DNA from: a virus
Taxonomy: Duplodnaviria; Caudoviricetes
Direction: 5' to 3' (one strand)
IMG/VR virus record: IMGVR_UViG_3300030397_000237
Coordinates: 1 to 35,180 of that record
Length of the DNA: 35,180 bases
A model generated the notes under the pieces. It made no database searches. It was not told the DNA's origin and saw nothing but the letters and a program-made list of their open reading frames with translations. The translations under genes were made by a program, and so were the position numbers. This document shows, piece after piece, positions 16,981 through 24,956 of the stretch. Every line of letters starts with the position of its first letter. Position 1 is the stretch's first letter.

Positions 16981-17011
16981 CAAAGTTAATAAATATGTAA
17001 CAAAAACCAAA
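16981..17011 (-). promoter_or_regulatory. Bacteroidota housekeeping promoter, leftward
   Basis: Minus strand: TTTG (17011-17008), 19 bp, TAACTTTG (16988-16981). Confidence 0.8.
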
Positions 17012-17055
17012 CAAATACGTAGAATATAAAAAAGATTAAAAAAAACATATAAAAG

Positions 17056-17087
17056 TTTGTATAATTCAAAATAACGTATTACATTTG
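17056..17087 (+). promoter_or_regulatory. Bacteroidota housekeeping promoter, rightward
   Basis: TTTG (17056-59), 20 bp, TACATTTG (17080-87). Confidence 0.82.
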
Positions 17088-17091
17088 ATAC

Positions 17092-17376
17092 ATGCTTATG
17101 GAAACAATTACAAAAAACACAGCGAAAAAGCTTATCGAAGAATCTAACGGTAAGATCTTTACAGTAACCTTTATTAAGAAGGATGGCTCATTAAGAGAAA
17201 TGAACTGTAGATTAGGAGTTAAACAGCATAGAAAAGGCGGAGAATTAGCGTACGATCCTAAAAAATATAATCTAATAGTGGTTTTTGATCTACAAAAGAT
17301 GAATTACCGAATGATAAACGCTTTAACAATAAAACAACTTAATATTAACTCTCAAAAATTTACTGTAAATGGATAA
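17092..17376 (+). CDS. WYL-like/SH3-fold phage protein
   Basis: IFTVTFIKKDGSLREM...VFDL....YR pattern. Confidence 0.6.
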   Translation: MLMETITKNTAKKLIEESNGKIFTVTFIKKDGSLREMNCRLGVKQHRKGGELAYDPKKYNLIVVFDLQKMNYRMINALTIKQLNINSQKFTVNG

Positions 17377-17587
17377 TCACATGCTATTTAACGAAAAAGG
17401 CCAGCGAGATTACGATGGTTCTGTAGAAGAGCCACATAGAGAATTAATTTTATGCGAAAACTGTTGGATGGATGTAGAAACAGAAGATTATAATTATCAG
17501 ACAGAATGTTGTCAAGAGTGTTACGATAAAGATTATTACGATCCAATTACAGCAAAGAAAATTTTAGCAGAAAGGTTACAAAAATGA
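17369..17587 (+). CDS. Hypothetical CxxC...CxxC protein
   Basis: CENC, CQEC; overlaps its neighbours. Confidence 0.55.
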   Translation: MDNHMLFNEKGQRDYDGSVEEPHRELILCENCWMDVETEDYNYQTECCQECYDKDYYDPITAKKILAERLQK

Positions 17588-17754
17588 AAACAGGATTAGA
17601 AAAACTACAAACCTACATAGAGTGTGCTATAGAGGTGTACTCTAAGGCATCAGAAAACGAAGTAAGTAATTATTATAAATCCAAGGTAGAGGTACTTGAA
17701 AATGTACTAGAAGCCGCTAAAATGATCAAAAACAATGAACCAATTGGAAACTAG
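17584..17754 (+). CDS. Hypothetical protein (56 aa, MKTGLEKLQTYIE...), not in the ORF track
   Basis: ATGA overlap; fills the gap between genes. Confidence 0.55.
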   Translation: MKTGLEKLQTYIECAIEVYSKASENEVSNYYKSKVEVLENVLEAAKMIKNNEPIGN

Positions 17755-17920
17755 AAAACTAAACAAACAACAGTGGGTATTAAGTGTTGTAGATTCATGT
17801 AGAACAATACAACAACTAGCAACCGCAAAGAATCTAATAGAGTTATACTCTAAAGATCATGGAAGAGATTTGCAAATAACACAATTATTTAACCTTAAAA
17901 GAAGAAAATTCAATGGCTAA
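17735..17920 (+). CDS. Hypothetical protein
   Basis: 61 aa, V.SV.DSC.T..QL motif; operon-like spacing. Confidence 0.55.
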   Translation: MNQLETRKLNKQQWVLSVVDSCRTIQQLATAKNLIELYSKDHGRDLQITQLFNLKRRKFNG

Positions 17921-18242
17921 AGATACCACAATAACCAGATCAGTAGCTTTAAAAGCATCTGTAGATTTATTTTCACGAAGAACTTCATATTCGTCAGAAG
18001 ATATTTTAAAAATGTCTGAAAAGTTTAATGAATGGCTATGTAAAGCAGAAGAGCCACAAAAAGAAAACAAGCAGTTCAAAGAAGATAATAGGGATTGGCT
18101 AACAGAACAGCAAAAGAATCAAATGATGGACCAGATAAAAAAAGGGAATGTAGAAGATGTGAAAGAGGCGATGAAGAAATACAGAATGAAAAAGATTTAT
18201 AGAGAAGAACTAACTAAGGCTATGCAGCCTGTAATATTTTAA
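17913..18242 (+). CDS. Hypothetical protein
   Basis: 109 aa; two short helical segments. Confidence 0.6.
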   Translation: MAKDTTITRSVALKASVDLFSRRTSYSSEDILKMSEKFNEWLCKAEEPQKENKQFKEDNRDWLTEQQKNQMMDQIKKGNVEDVKEAMKKYRMKKIYREELTKAMQPVIF

Positions 18243-18245
18243 ATC

Positions 18246-18392
18246 ATGGAATACGTAATCATAGGAATAGCAATACTAGGTTTTATTTTTCTTTTTCTTG
18301 CACTAAGGGAGTTTAATTGCTGGTATTGGAAAATCAACGAAAGAATAGAAATACTTAAAGAGATTAGAGATGGATTACAAAAAAATAAGTAA
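18246..18392 (+). CDS. 48-aa single-TM protein (...LREFNCWYWKINE...), not in the ORF track
   Basis: ATG 3 nt after the upstream stop; N-terminal TM helix. Confidence 0.65.
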   Translation: MEYVIIGIAILGFIFLFLALREFNCWYWKINERIEILKEIRDGLQKNK

Positions 18393-18555
18393 CGTAACAG
18401 TTGGGGGAATAGATTATAGCGACTATCCTGATTTTTGTGATGCATACATAGAGAGTGCAGACTATAACGGTGTTGCAATGGACGAAGAGCAGCTAGATAA
18501 GCTTAATGAAGATAAGTATTTCGTTCACGATTGTTTATTAGAGTTTATATCATAA
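18370..18555 (+). CDS. Acidic hypothetical phage protein
   Basis: GID..DYPDFCDAYI.SA motif; followed by a terminator. Confidence 0.65.
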   Translation: MDYKKISNVTVGGIDYSDYPDFCDAYIESADYNGVAMDEEQLDKLNEDKYFVHDCLLEFIS

Positions 18556-18578
18556 GTTGTTTCATTGTTTTAGTTGGG

Positions 18579-18603
18579 GGTGGCCCTACGGGGCTGCCTT
18601 TTT
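18579..18603 (+). terminator. Intrinsic terminator
   Basis: GGTGGCCC-TACG-GGGCTGCC-TTTTT. Confidence 0.85.
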
Positions 18604-18614
18604 AAAAAGTAATT

Positions 18615-18938
18615 ATGGAAAATAAAATTACAAAAGAAGATTACCTAAAGGCACTTGATATTGTAGAATCTTACCACAAGCAATTAAATAAAAAAATTAA
18701 GAAAATAAGGTTTAATAAGATATCAGATTTACAAGAAAATGATTTTGTAAAGTGTATAAGCGTAAACTGGAATACTCAAAAATGTTTAACAGAAGGTAAA
18801 GAATATGAAATAAAAAGGTTTTGTAATGATAAATACTATTTTTTCATTAAGGATGATAATGGTAAGGAAAAAAGATATGTAGCAGATGGGGGTAATGGGG
18901 GTAAAACATTTAAACCAGTTAATCCAAATTACGCCTAA
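18615..18938 (+). CDS. Hypothetical protein (SH3-like C-terminus)
   Basis: VKCI...LTEGKEYEI...IKDDNG. Confidence 0.55.
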   Translation: MENKITKEDYLKALDIVESYHKQLNKKIKKIRFNKISDLQENDFVKCISVNWNTQKCLTEGKEYEIKRFCNDKYYFFIKDDNGKEKRYVADGGNGGKTFKPVNPNYA

Positions 18939-18943
18939 AGATT

Positions 18944-19147
18944 ATGGAAATACTAACAGTTAAGCTAACAAAAAGGTTATACGATCAGTTGTTTACTAAG
19001 GATACTCCTAAAGAGTACGAAATAGTAAAGGTAACCGAAAGCCCATACTGGGAAGATCCTAGATGGAGGGCGCAACAAAAAGTAGCAACAAAAGCATGGG
19101 ATAGGCTTAAAGAGATAGAATTTAAAATAAAACATGATATTAAATGA
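18944..19147 (+). CDS. Hypothetical protein
   Basis: 67-aa ORF in a tightly packed operon. Confidence 0.55.
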   Translation: MEILTVKLTKRLYDQLFTKDTPKEYEIVKVTESPYWEDPRWRAQQKVATKAWDRLKEIEFKIKHDIK

Positions 19148-19338
19148 CCAGATTTAGAAAATATGTAGACGATAGAGGCATTAGGATAGCTCACATAGCA
19201 AGAAAAACTAATGTCACACCAACTACAGTACAAAAGTGGTTGAAAGATCCAGAACGTATTAGGTTACGGTACGCAAAAGAACTTTGTTTCATATTAAACA
19301 TAACACTTGATGAATTGATAGAAATATGCCTTGATTAG
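19144..19338 (+). CDS. XRE/Cro-like HTH regulator
   Basis: GIRIAHIARKTNVTPTTVQKW...ELC.ILNITLDELI. Confidence 0.8.
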   Translation: MTRFRKYVDDRGIRIAHIARKTNVTPTTVQKWLKDPERIRLRYAKELCFILNITLDELIEICLD

Positions 19339-19522
19339 ATACTTAGAATTTTACAGAGAACGATTAATAGATTTTGTACTCAACCATCCTCTTAACCCAA
19401 AAGAGAGAACCAAAATAGCCATAGAGATACTGAATATAGAACTAACAATCATTCAAACCCAAAATGATGAATACCAAAAAATACAAGGAATCAATAAAAC
19501 GTATTCTTACTATCAACCCTGA
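19331..19522 (+). CDS. Hypothetical protein
   Basis: TTG start overlapping the upstream gene end. Confidence 0.4.
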   Translation: MIRYLEFYRERLIDFVLNHPLNPKERTKIAIEILNIELTIIQTQNDEYQKIQGINKTYSYYQP

Positions 19523-19793
19523 AGCAAGAGATAGCGATTCGTACCTTCTAGGGCTGGTATGGCATAAAGAGCTTAAAGAAAAAGGTGTAGATCCTAAGAA
19601 AATAAGCTCGTTCGAGTTCTTAAAAATGTTAAAACAAAAAATAATCACCACACCAGAATCTATTACTAGATCCAGAAGGAAAATACAAGAATCTTACCCT
19701 GGATTAAGAGGTGATAGGTATTACGCTAGAATAAAGTATCAAGATGATGTAAAGCACCAAATTCAAACGTTTAGCGATGGAAGTGACTATTAA
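19464..19793 (+). CDS. Conserved hypothetical phage protein
   Basis: P.ARDSD..L...VW, PESITRSRRKIQE..P.LRG. Confidence 0.65.
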   Translation: MMNTKKYKESIKRILTINPEARDSDSYLLGLVWHKELKEKGVDPKKISSFEFLKMLKQKIITTPESITRSRRKIQESYPGLRGDRYYARIKYQDDVKHQIQTFSDGSDY

Positions 19794-19856
19794 AGATAAA
19801 AATGGTAACTTGATTAAAGGAGAACTTACAAAAGCCTCCTTTGAATATGTGTTATC

Positions 19857-20072
19857 ATGTATGAAGAAATTAAAGAATTTATCGACCAAACAACAATCGA
19901 TAGAATATCCGAGCTTAACAGCTATTACGGAGAAAAGTTTTTAAATCTATACGAAGAAAAGGCAGAAGATAAGATAGGTAGCTTCACAGATGAATGCATA
20001 GACGCTGAAAGAGAATGCTACCTGATCTGCCAAATGATAAAAGATTGGCACAAAGAAATATTCAATGACTGA
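19857..20072 (+). CDS. Hypothetical protein
   Basis: 71-aa acidic ORF. Confidence 0.5.
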   Translation: MYEEIKEFIDQTTIDRISELNSYYGEKFLNLYEEKAEDKIGSFTDECIDAERECYLICQMIKDWHKEIFND

Positions 20073-20514
20073 AAACCTGTTAAAGATAAAATCTGAAGTA
20101 GTAGATCTAGTAGAACACATAGAAACTAAAGGTAGGCTGGTAGATAAAAACAAAGTAAAAAGAGCTTACGAGATCTATAATCATATTTATCACCTAAATC
20201 ACCAAAGGTATAACGTACCAAAAAGATCATACCTAGAGTACGGAAAAAGATCTTGCTCCTCCTGTACCAAAACAGTAGTAGCAAATTTAAGAGGCTTTGC
20301 AGGATACCCTAAAAGGTATTTTGTAACTCGTAAAGAGTACCAAGAAAGAGCAGCTATCTGTAAAGGGTGTAAGTATTATAAACCCCTAACTGGAACATGT
20401 GGAACCTTTGGAATGCCCAGAAAAAATAAAGAAGGTAAAACATGTGGATGTATTATTAAGATAAAAGCATACCTAGAAGATCAATCATGTCCACTAAATA
20501 AACCAAAATGGTAA
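20065..20514 (+). CDS. Cys-rich (metal-binding) hypothetical protein, DUF6171-like C-terminus
   Basis: CSSC; ER.AIC.GC...TC...CGC....KA......CP..KW. Confidence 0.6.
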   Translation: MTENLLKIKSEVVDLVEHIETKGRLVDKNKVKRAYEIYNHIYHLNHQRYNVPKRSYLEYGKRSCSSCTKTVVANLRGFAGYPKRYFVTRKEYQERAAICKGCKYYKPLTGTCGTFGMPRKNKEGKTCGCIIKIKAYLEDQSCPLNKPKW

Positions 20515-20804
20515 ACCTAAGCTACAACGAAACAGAAAACACATGGTGTATATCACCAGAGCTACATGAAGGATTTAAACACGTAGCAAAGATAGACGAA
20601 GAAATGGCAATAGATTTCTTTGAAACACAACCAGAAGCTAATTCATACATAAATGCAATGAAAGTATTTAATAGATTTGCAGTAGGAAGGCTAGATTACG
20701 AAATAATAGTAGAACATTCCCAAAACTTAGGAGGGTTCGGATACATTACAGGAATGAACCATAGCCTAGAGTTTAAATTCCACTGGGAATACTCACTGAA
20801 CTAA
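20508..20804 (+). CDS. Hypothetical protein
   Basis: 98-aa ORF ending the early operon. Confidence 0.55.
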   Translation: MVNLSYNETENTWCISPELHEGFKHVAKIDEEMAIDFFETQPEANSYINAMKVFNRFAVGRLDYEIIVEHSQNLGGFGYITGMNHSLEFKFHWEYSLN

Positions 20805-20830
20805 TAATTACTAGGTTTGTATTAAGGAAG

Positions 20831-20867
20831 GGGTTACCACGCCAGGGAGCAAGGTAGCCCTTTTTTT
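20831..20867 (+). terminator. Intrinsic terminator
   Basis: GGGTTACC-(14 nt)-GGTAGCCC-T7. Confidence 0.75.
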
Positions 20868-21176
20868 ATGTATAAATAATTCTTTTGGAAATTTTGGAAA
20901 ATCTTTGCCAAAACGGAAATGCTTATCAAACGTAGCTTACGTAAATCTTACCTAAAATAATCTTATGGGGTTATAGGGGGGTACAGTCAACCCCATTGTA
21001 ACCCTACAAAACTGGATCAGTTTAACTCTGCACATAGGGATTTTAAATTAACCCTATTTTTTTGGGGAGTGTTAGGGGTATACTAGGGGTATGCTTTTGC
21101 AATAAAAATGCAATCGGTTCAAAAGTTACTTTTTTTAGTTACCTAAGTGAACCAAAAAACTCAAGTATTTTACAGG

Positions 21177-21223
21177 TATTTCAAAAAAAGAAACAATTAT
21201 CCTACCCAAATTAACTACATTAA
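21177..21223 (+). promoter_or_regulatory. Putative late promoter of the packaging operon
   Basis: TATTTC-N7-GAAACA (21177-95), 20-bp spacer, TACATTAA (21216-23), ATG 21227. Confidence 0.55.
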
Positions 21224-21226
21224 TGT

Positions 21227-21430
21227 ATGTACTTCTCTGAATACATAAGATCTAGAAGGAACGAAGATAGCACTATAGGGTTCTTTTGTATGCAATGCGA
21301 TAAAGATCAGAAATTCCCCTATAACGCTAACTATGCCCTAGTGATTAGGTATCTGGCATCTATTGATATTCCAGAAAAGTATTTCGATCTTTTAGAACTT
21401 ATTTATAACCAATACCAAAGATACATTTGA
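21227..21430 (+). CDS. YozE SAM-like small protein
   Basis: F.EYI......DS.IG.F......D.KFP.......IRYL pattern. Confidence 0.5.
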   Translation: MYFSEYIRSRRNEDSTIGFFCMQCDKDQKFPYNANYALVIRYLASIDIPEKYFDLLELIYNQYQRYI

Positions 21431-21759
21431 GGCCAACAAAATATACAGAAGATATTCCTGAAAGAGTGTTAGAGTATATGTATCAGGGGCTTAGCATAGA
21501 AGAGATAGCTTACGAACTGAAAATAAGCAAACAAACTTTCTATACTTGGTGCGAGAAATACCCAGAATTACTGGACGCCAAAAAAAGAGGAACCGATTTT
21601 GCGCAAGGATGGTGGATGAAACAGGCAAGGTTAAATCTTAAGGATAAAGATTTCAACGCTACCCTATTCTACATGAATATGAAGAACAGATTTGGTTGGG
21701 CCGATAAGCAAGAACATAAAGTATCAGGAGATAAAGATAACCCACTATACAAGATTTAG
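21427..21759 (+). CDS. Terminase small subunit
   Basis: RPTKY, HTH (GLSIEEIAYELKISKQTFYTW..KYPE), MKNRFGWADK; upstream of TerL. Confidence 0.85.
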   Translation: MRPTKYTEDIPERVLEYMYQGLSIEEIAYELKISKQTFYTWCEKYPELLDAKKRGTDFAQGWWMKQARLNLKDKDFNATLFYMNMKNRFGWADKQEHKVSGDKDNPLYKI

Positions 21760-21792
21760 ATTTTTTATTTATTATACTTTACACGGGCAAGG

Positions 21793-21818
21793 GCGTGGCA
21801 GAAATGCTACGCTTTTTT
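21793..21818 (+). terminator. Intrinsic terminator between TerS and TerL
   Basis: GCGTGGCA-GAAA-TGCTACGC-T6. Confidence 0.75.
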
Positions 21819-21867
21819 ACCTTTCAGAGCCTATTCTTTTTTAAAATCCTTTTATTTAGATTAGAAC

Positions 21868-23052
21868 GTGCCTTACGTTCGCCCAGAGTTATACCCAAAA
21901 CAAAAAGCATTTGTAGATGATACCTCTAGATTTACCTTCGTAGAGGCAGGAACAAAAGCAGGGAAAACAATAGCTATGGTAATATGGCTATACGAACAAG
22001 CATTCCTCTCCAAAGGAGAAAACGAAATTAGATACTGGCTAGCACCCTACTACTCTACAGCAAAGATTGCCTTTAGGAGAATGTGGCAGTTTATACCACA
22101 ACAACACAAACCCTTCTTTAAAGCAAACGAATCAGAACTATCAATAACAGCAAACTGGAACTCCAATAAGGTTTATTTTAAATCAGCGGAAAAGCCAGAC
22201 GCTCTATACGGAGAAGATGTACACGATGTAGTAGTAGACGAAGCCTCACGTATGAGAGAGGAAAGCTGGCATGCAGTGCGATCAACACTAACAGCTACCC
22301 AAGGAAGAGCGAAGGTAATAGGTAACGTTAAAGGAAAAAAGAACTGGTTTTTTAGATTGGCACAACAAGCCAAACAAGAAGGAAAAGGATACTACAGGTT
22401 GACAAGTGCTGACAACCCTTTTATTCCAGCCGAAGAAATAGAGGAAGCTAGAAAGAACCTACCAGAGAATATATTCAATGAACTTTACCTTTCTATTCCT
22501 AATGAAGATGGATCAAACCCGTTCGGTGATAAATACATTAAAGATTGTATCGGGTTCTCGGATAAGCCAGTGATATGCTACGGAATAGATTTGGCAAAGA
22601 GCTTTGACTACACGGTTATAATTGGGCTAGATAGTGAGGGAACAGTAGCATACTTTGAAAGGTTCCAAAAAGATTGGAGCCAAACCAAACAAGAGATCAT
22701 CAAAACGATTGGTAAGTTACCAACTAGTATGGATTCTACAGGCGTTGGTGATCCTATCACAGAAGAGATTCAAAGGCACAACAGAAAGGTAACAGCATTT
22801 AAGTTTACCTCTACAAGCAAGCAGCAAATAATGGAAGGATTAGCTAACGCTATACAAAGCCAAGAGATTCGATTTCCAGATAACATAATAAAGGATGAAT
22901 TATTGAATTTTGAGTTCGTCTATACACGCACAGGAGTAAAGTATTCGGCTCCTGAAGGATTACATGATGATTGTGTATGTGCTCTTGCGTTGGCATGGAG
23001 TAAATACAAAGAAGTAAAACGTAAAGGGGCTAGCTGGGTTAATGATTTGTAA
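21868..23052 (+). CDS. Terminase large subunit
   Basis: Walker A AGTKAGKT, Walker B VVVDEA, nuclease GIDLA...D, DSTGVG, HDDCV.ALALA. Confidence 0.95.
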   Translation: MPYVRPELYPKQKAFVDDTSRFTFVEAGTKAGKTIAMVIWLYEQAFLSKGENEIRYWLAPYYSTAKIAFRRMWQFIPQQHKPFFKANESELSITANWNSNKVYFKSAEKPDALYGEDVHDVVVDEASRMREESWHAVRSTLTATQGRAKVIGNVKGKKNWFFRLAQQAKQEGKGYYRLTSADNPFIPAEEIEEARKNLPENIFNELYLSIPNEDGSNPFGDKYIKDCIGFSDKPVICYGIDLAKSFDYTVIIGLDSEGTVAYFERFQKDWSQTKQEIIKTIGKLPTSMDSTGVGDPITEEIQRHNRKVTAFKFTSTSKQQIMEGLANAIQSQEIRFPDNIIKDELLNFEFVYTRTGVKYSAPEGLHDDCVCALALAWSKYKEVKRKGASWVNDL

Positions 23053-23147
23053 TGGGTTGAATAACCCAAAATAACCCAATTTGCACCCAATTGAGTATCA
23101 AATACTTAGTCTACTTGCTACACGCGGTGGATAAAACATAAAAAACT

Positions 23148-23768
23148 ATGATAACAGGAGAATTTGTACAAAAAACAAGAAAGAAGGATAAGATTGTTAT
23201 TCCCTTTCAGATACCTGAGAAATGGGAAGAGATAACCATTGAAATGTACATAAAGGTGTTTCAAAATAATAAGCAGATAAACGATTTAGAGTTTCTACAT
23301 TACATATCAGATATAAGCTTAGAAACACTTAGAAGGTGTGATAAAAAGCAAGTTCTTTACATCTTGTATCAGATACGTGAAATCTTCACTCCAGAGGCTC
23401 TAGAGGAAGAGGCAAAAGAGGCTATTTCAAGCTTTGAATTTGAAGGAAAAACATACGTACTGCCTAAGCACTTAGGAGAAGAAACGATCGGTGAGTATTA
23501 CGATTTACTAGAGATAGAAAAGAGGATAGAAAACGGTGGTCACGAATACTTCCCTTTAATGATGGCAATGTTGTTTAGAGAGGAAGGTGTAGAGTATGAT
23601 TTCAAGGAATGTCAAGAGAGGGCGAAGCACTTTGAGAAGTTACCGATAACGTATGCTTTTAAAGCGCGCAATTTTTTTTTGCTTGCGTTGAAGATCTCAG
23701 AGGTGCAGAAAAGTATAAGTGCCTATATGACGAAGATAGTGAACCAGAAGAGTACCAAGCAGGATTAA
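23148..23768 (+). CDS. Tail-assembly-chaperone-like protein (short form)
   Basis: IPEKWEEITI..Y, TIGEY.DL, MA.L.R; T9 slippery run near the 3' end. Confidence 0.65.
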   Translation: MITGEFVQKTRKKDKIVIPFQIPEKWEEITIEMYIKVFQNNKQINDLEFLHYISDISLETLRRCDKKQVLYILYQIREIFTPEALEEEAKEAISSFEFEGKTYVLPKHLGEETIGEYYDLLEIEKRIENGGHEYFPLMMAMLFREEGVEYDFKECQERAKHFEKLPITYAFKARNFFLLALKISEVQKSISAYMTKIVNQKSTKQD

Positions 23769-23974
23769 ACCACTTAAGCGAGAAATGGGGGCCTTTGTTA
23801 ACGGTGGTGAGGTTGAGTGAAGAGAAAGGAGTGCTAGAGGGAATGTACGGCCCTAAAGAGAGGGTAACAGATTATAAAGTACATGAGGTGTTTACGTATC
23901 TGGCATTACAAAAAGATAAAGCAAGGTATTTAACAAAGCTTCAAGATATAAAACTCAAAAAGGCGAAACGTTGA
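23672..23974 (+). CDS. -1 frameshift extension giving a ~275-aa fusion
   Basis: The -1 frame is open from the T9 run (23672-80) to TGA 23972-74, which overlaps the next TTG start; no good independent start. Confidence 0.75.
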   Translation, partial: FFFACVEDLRGAEKYKCLYDEDSEPEEYQAGLNHLSEKWGPLLTVVRLSEEKGVLEGMYGPKERVTDYKVHEVFTYLALQKDKARYLTKLQDIKLKKAKR

Positions 23975-24516
23975 AATTAAAAACACTACATAAAATATTT
24001 GGTAACGAAACGGGGGGTGAGCTTCAAGGGATTGTTATTAGGCATAAAGCAGGGATTAGGTTCTTTACAGGATTAGAGAAGGATTTCGATCCTGCCAATA
24101 CAGAAAACTACCCAGCATTTGCAATTAACCCCGTATCAGCAAATACCAATATCAATGCCGATCAAAGTGGTGAGGTGATTCAGACATGGAGCCTACAGGC
24201 TGAGTTAGTGGATTTACTACCTACAGATAGAACACCAAATGATTACAACGATCTCCTTTATAGGTTAAAGAATATTTTGGATGAAATGTTATTCGAGTTT
24301 GTACTCACATTCGGAATAGAAAACAATGCAGGTAGTGGAGTAACATACGATAACATAACAGAGAACCTATGTTTTCATTTAAGTGGAGATATAAGTTTCA
24401 CCCCTGTCATAGATGACGGAGAAAATAACTTAACTGGATGGGTAGCGAATTTCACCATTGAGGAAAGTATACTTGTAAATGATATTGTTTGTTGTTTAGA
24501 CGATGTTTTTAATTGA
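23971..24516 (+). CDS. Tail terminator-like structural protein
   Basis: YP.F.I.P, D.L...K.IL, TP......LTGW...F.I pattern; position. Confidence 0.5.
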   Translation: MKLKTLHKIFGNETGGELQGIVIRHKAGIRFFTGLEKDFDPANTENYPAFAINPVSANTNINADQSGEVIQTWSLQAELVDLLPTDRTPNDYNDLLYRLKNILDEMLFEFVLTFGIENNAGSGVTYDNITENLCFHLSGDISFTPVIDDGENNLTGWVANFTIEESILVNDIVCCLDDVFN

Positions 24517-24956
24517 TGTTTACAAACACCCAAAGAGAAGTAAATAGATCAGGTACGAGGTTAGTAAATCGTATCATTCAAGGCTTAAACGCAAAAGGAA
24601 AGAATGCCAGCGGAAAGTTAGCACGTTCAACCAAGTTTAAGTTTAGATCTATCCCTTCTTTGATAACATTCGAAATAAAAGCACAAGATTACTGGAAGTA
24701 TGTAGATCAAGGTAGGAAGCCAGGCAAGATGCCTCCTGAAGCTCCGATCTTAAAATGGATCAGCCAAAAAGGATTAGGTAATCAAGATGATAAAGGGTTA
24801 GCGTTTTTGATAAGAAGAAAAATAGCAAGAGAAGGGATCAAACCTACTTTTCTTTTTACTAATTCTATCAAGTTATGGAAAAGAGATGATCTACCTAGGA
24901 TAAGAGAAGCTTTAACAAAAGATGTAACAAAAGAAACTAGAAAAAATATAGAATAA
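24513..24956 (+). CDS. Neck/tail completion protein
   Basis: NASGKLARS, DYWKYVDQGRKPGKMPP, AFLI.RKIAREGIKP. Confidence 0.65.
   Translation: MMFTNTQREVNRSGTRLVNRIIQGLNAKGKNASGKLARSTKFKFRSIPSLITFEIKAQDYWKYVDQGRKPGKMPPEAPILKWISQKGLGNQDDKGLAFLIRRKIAREGIKPTFLFTNSIKLWKRDDLPRIREALTKDVTKETRKNIE

Noticed and set aside
17913-18242. Possible ssDNA-annealing/SSB protein
   Set aside because: Only vaguely resembles accessory tails of such proteins; no ERF, Rad52, RecT or OB core visible
19777-19944. Possible 55-aa ORF (MEVTIKDKNGNLIKG...)
   Set aside because: About half overlaps 19857..20072 and it has no motif; may be real but not supportable
20805-21226. tRNA or other known RNA gene in the long intergenic region
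   Set aside because: No cloverleaf, T-loop (GTTCRA) or CCA end recognisable
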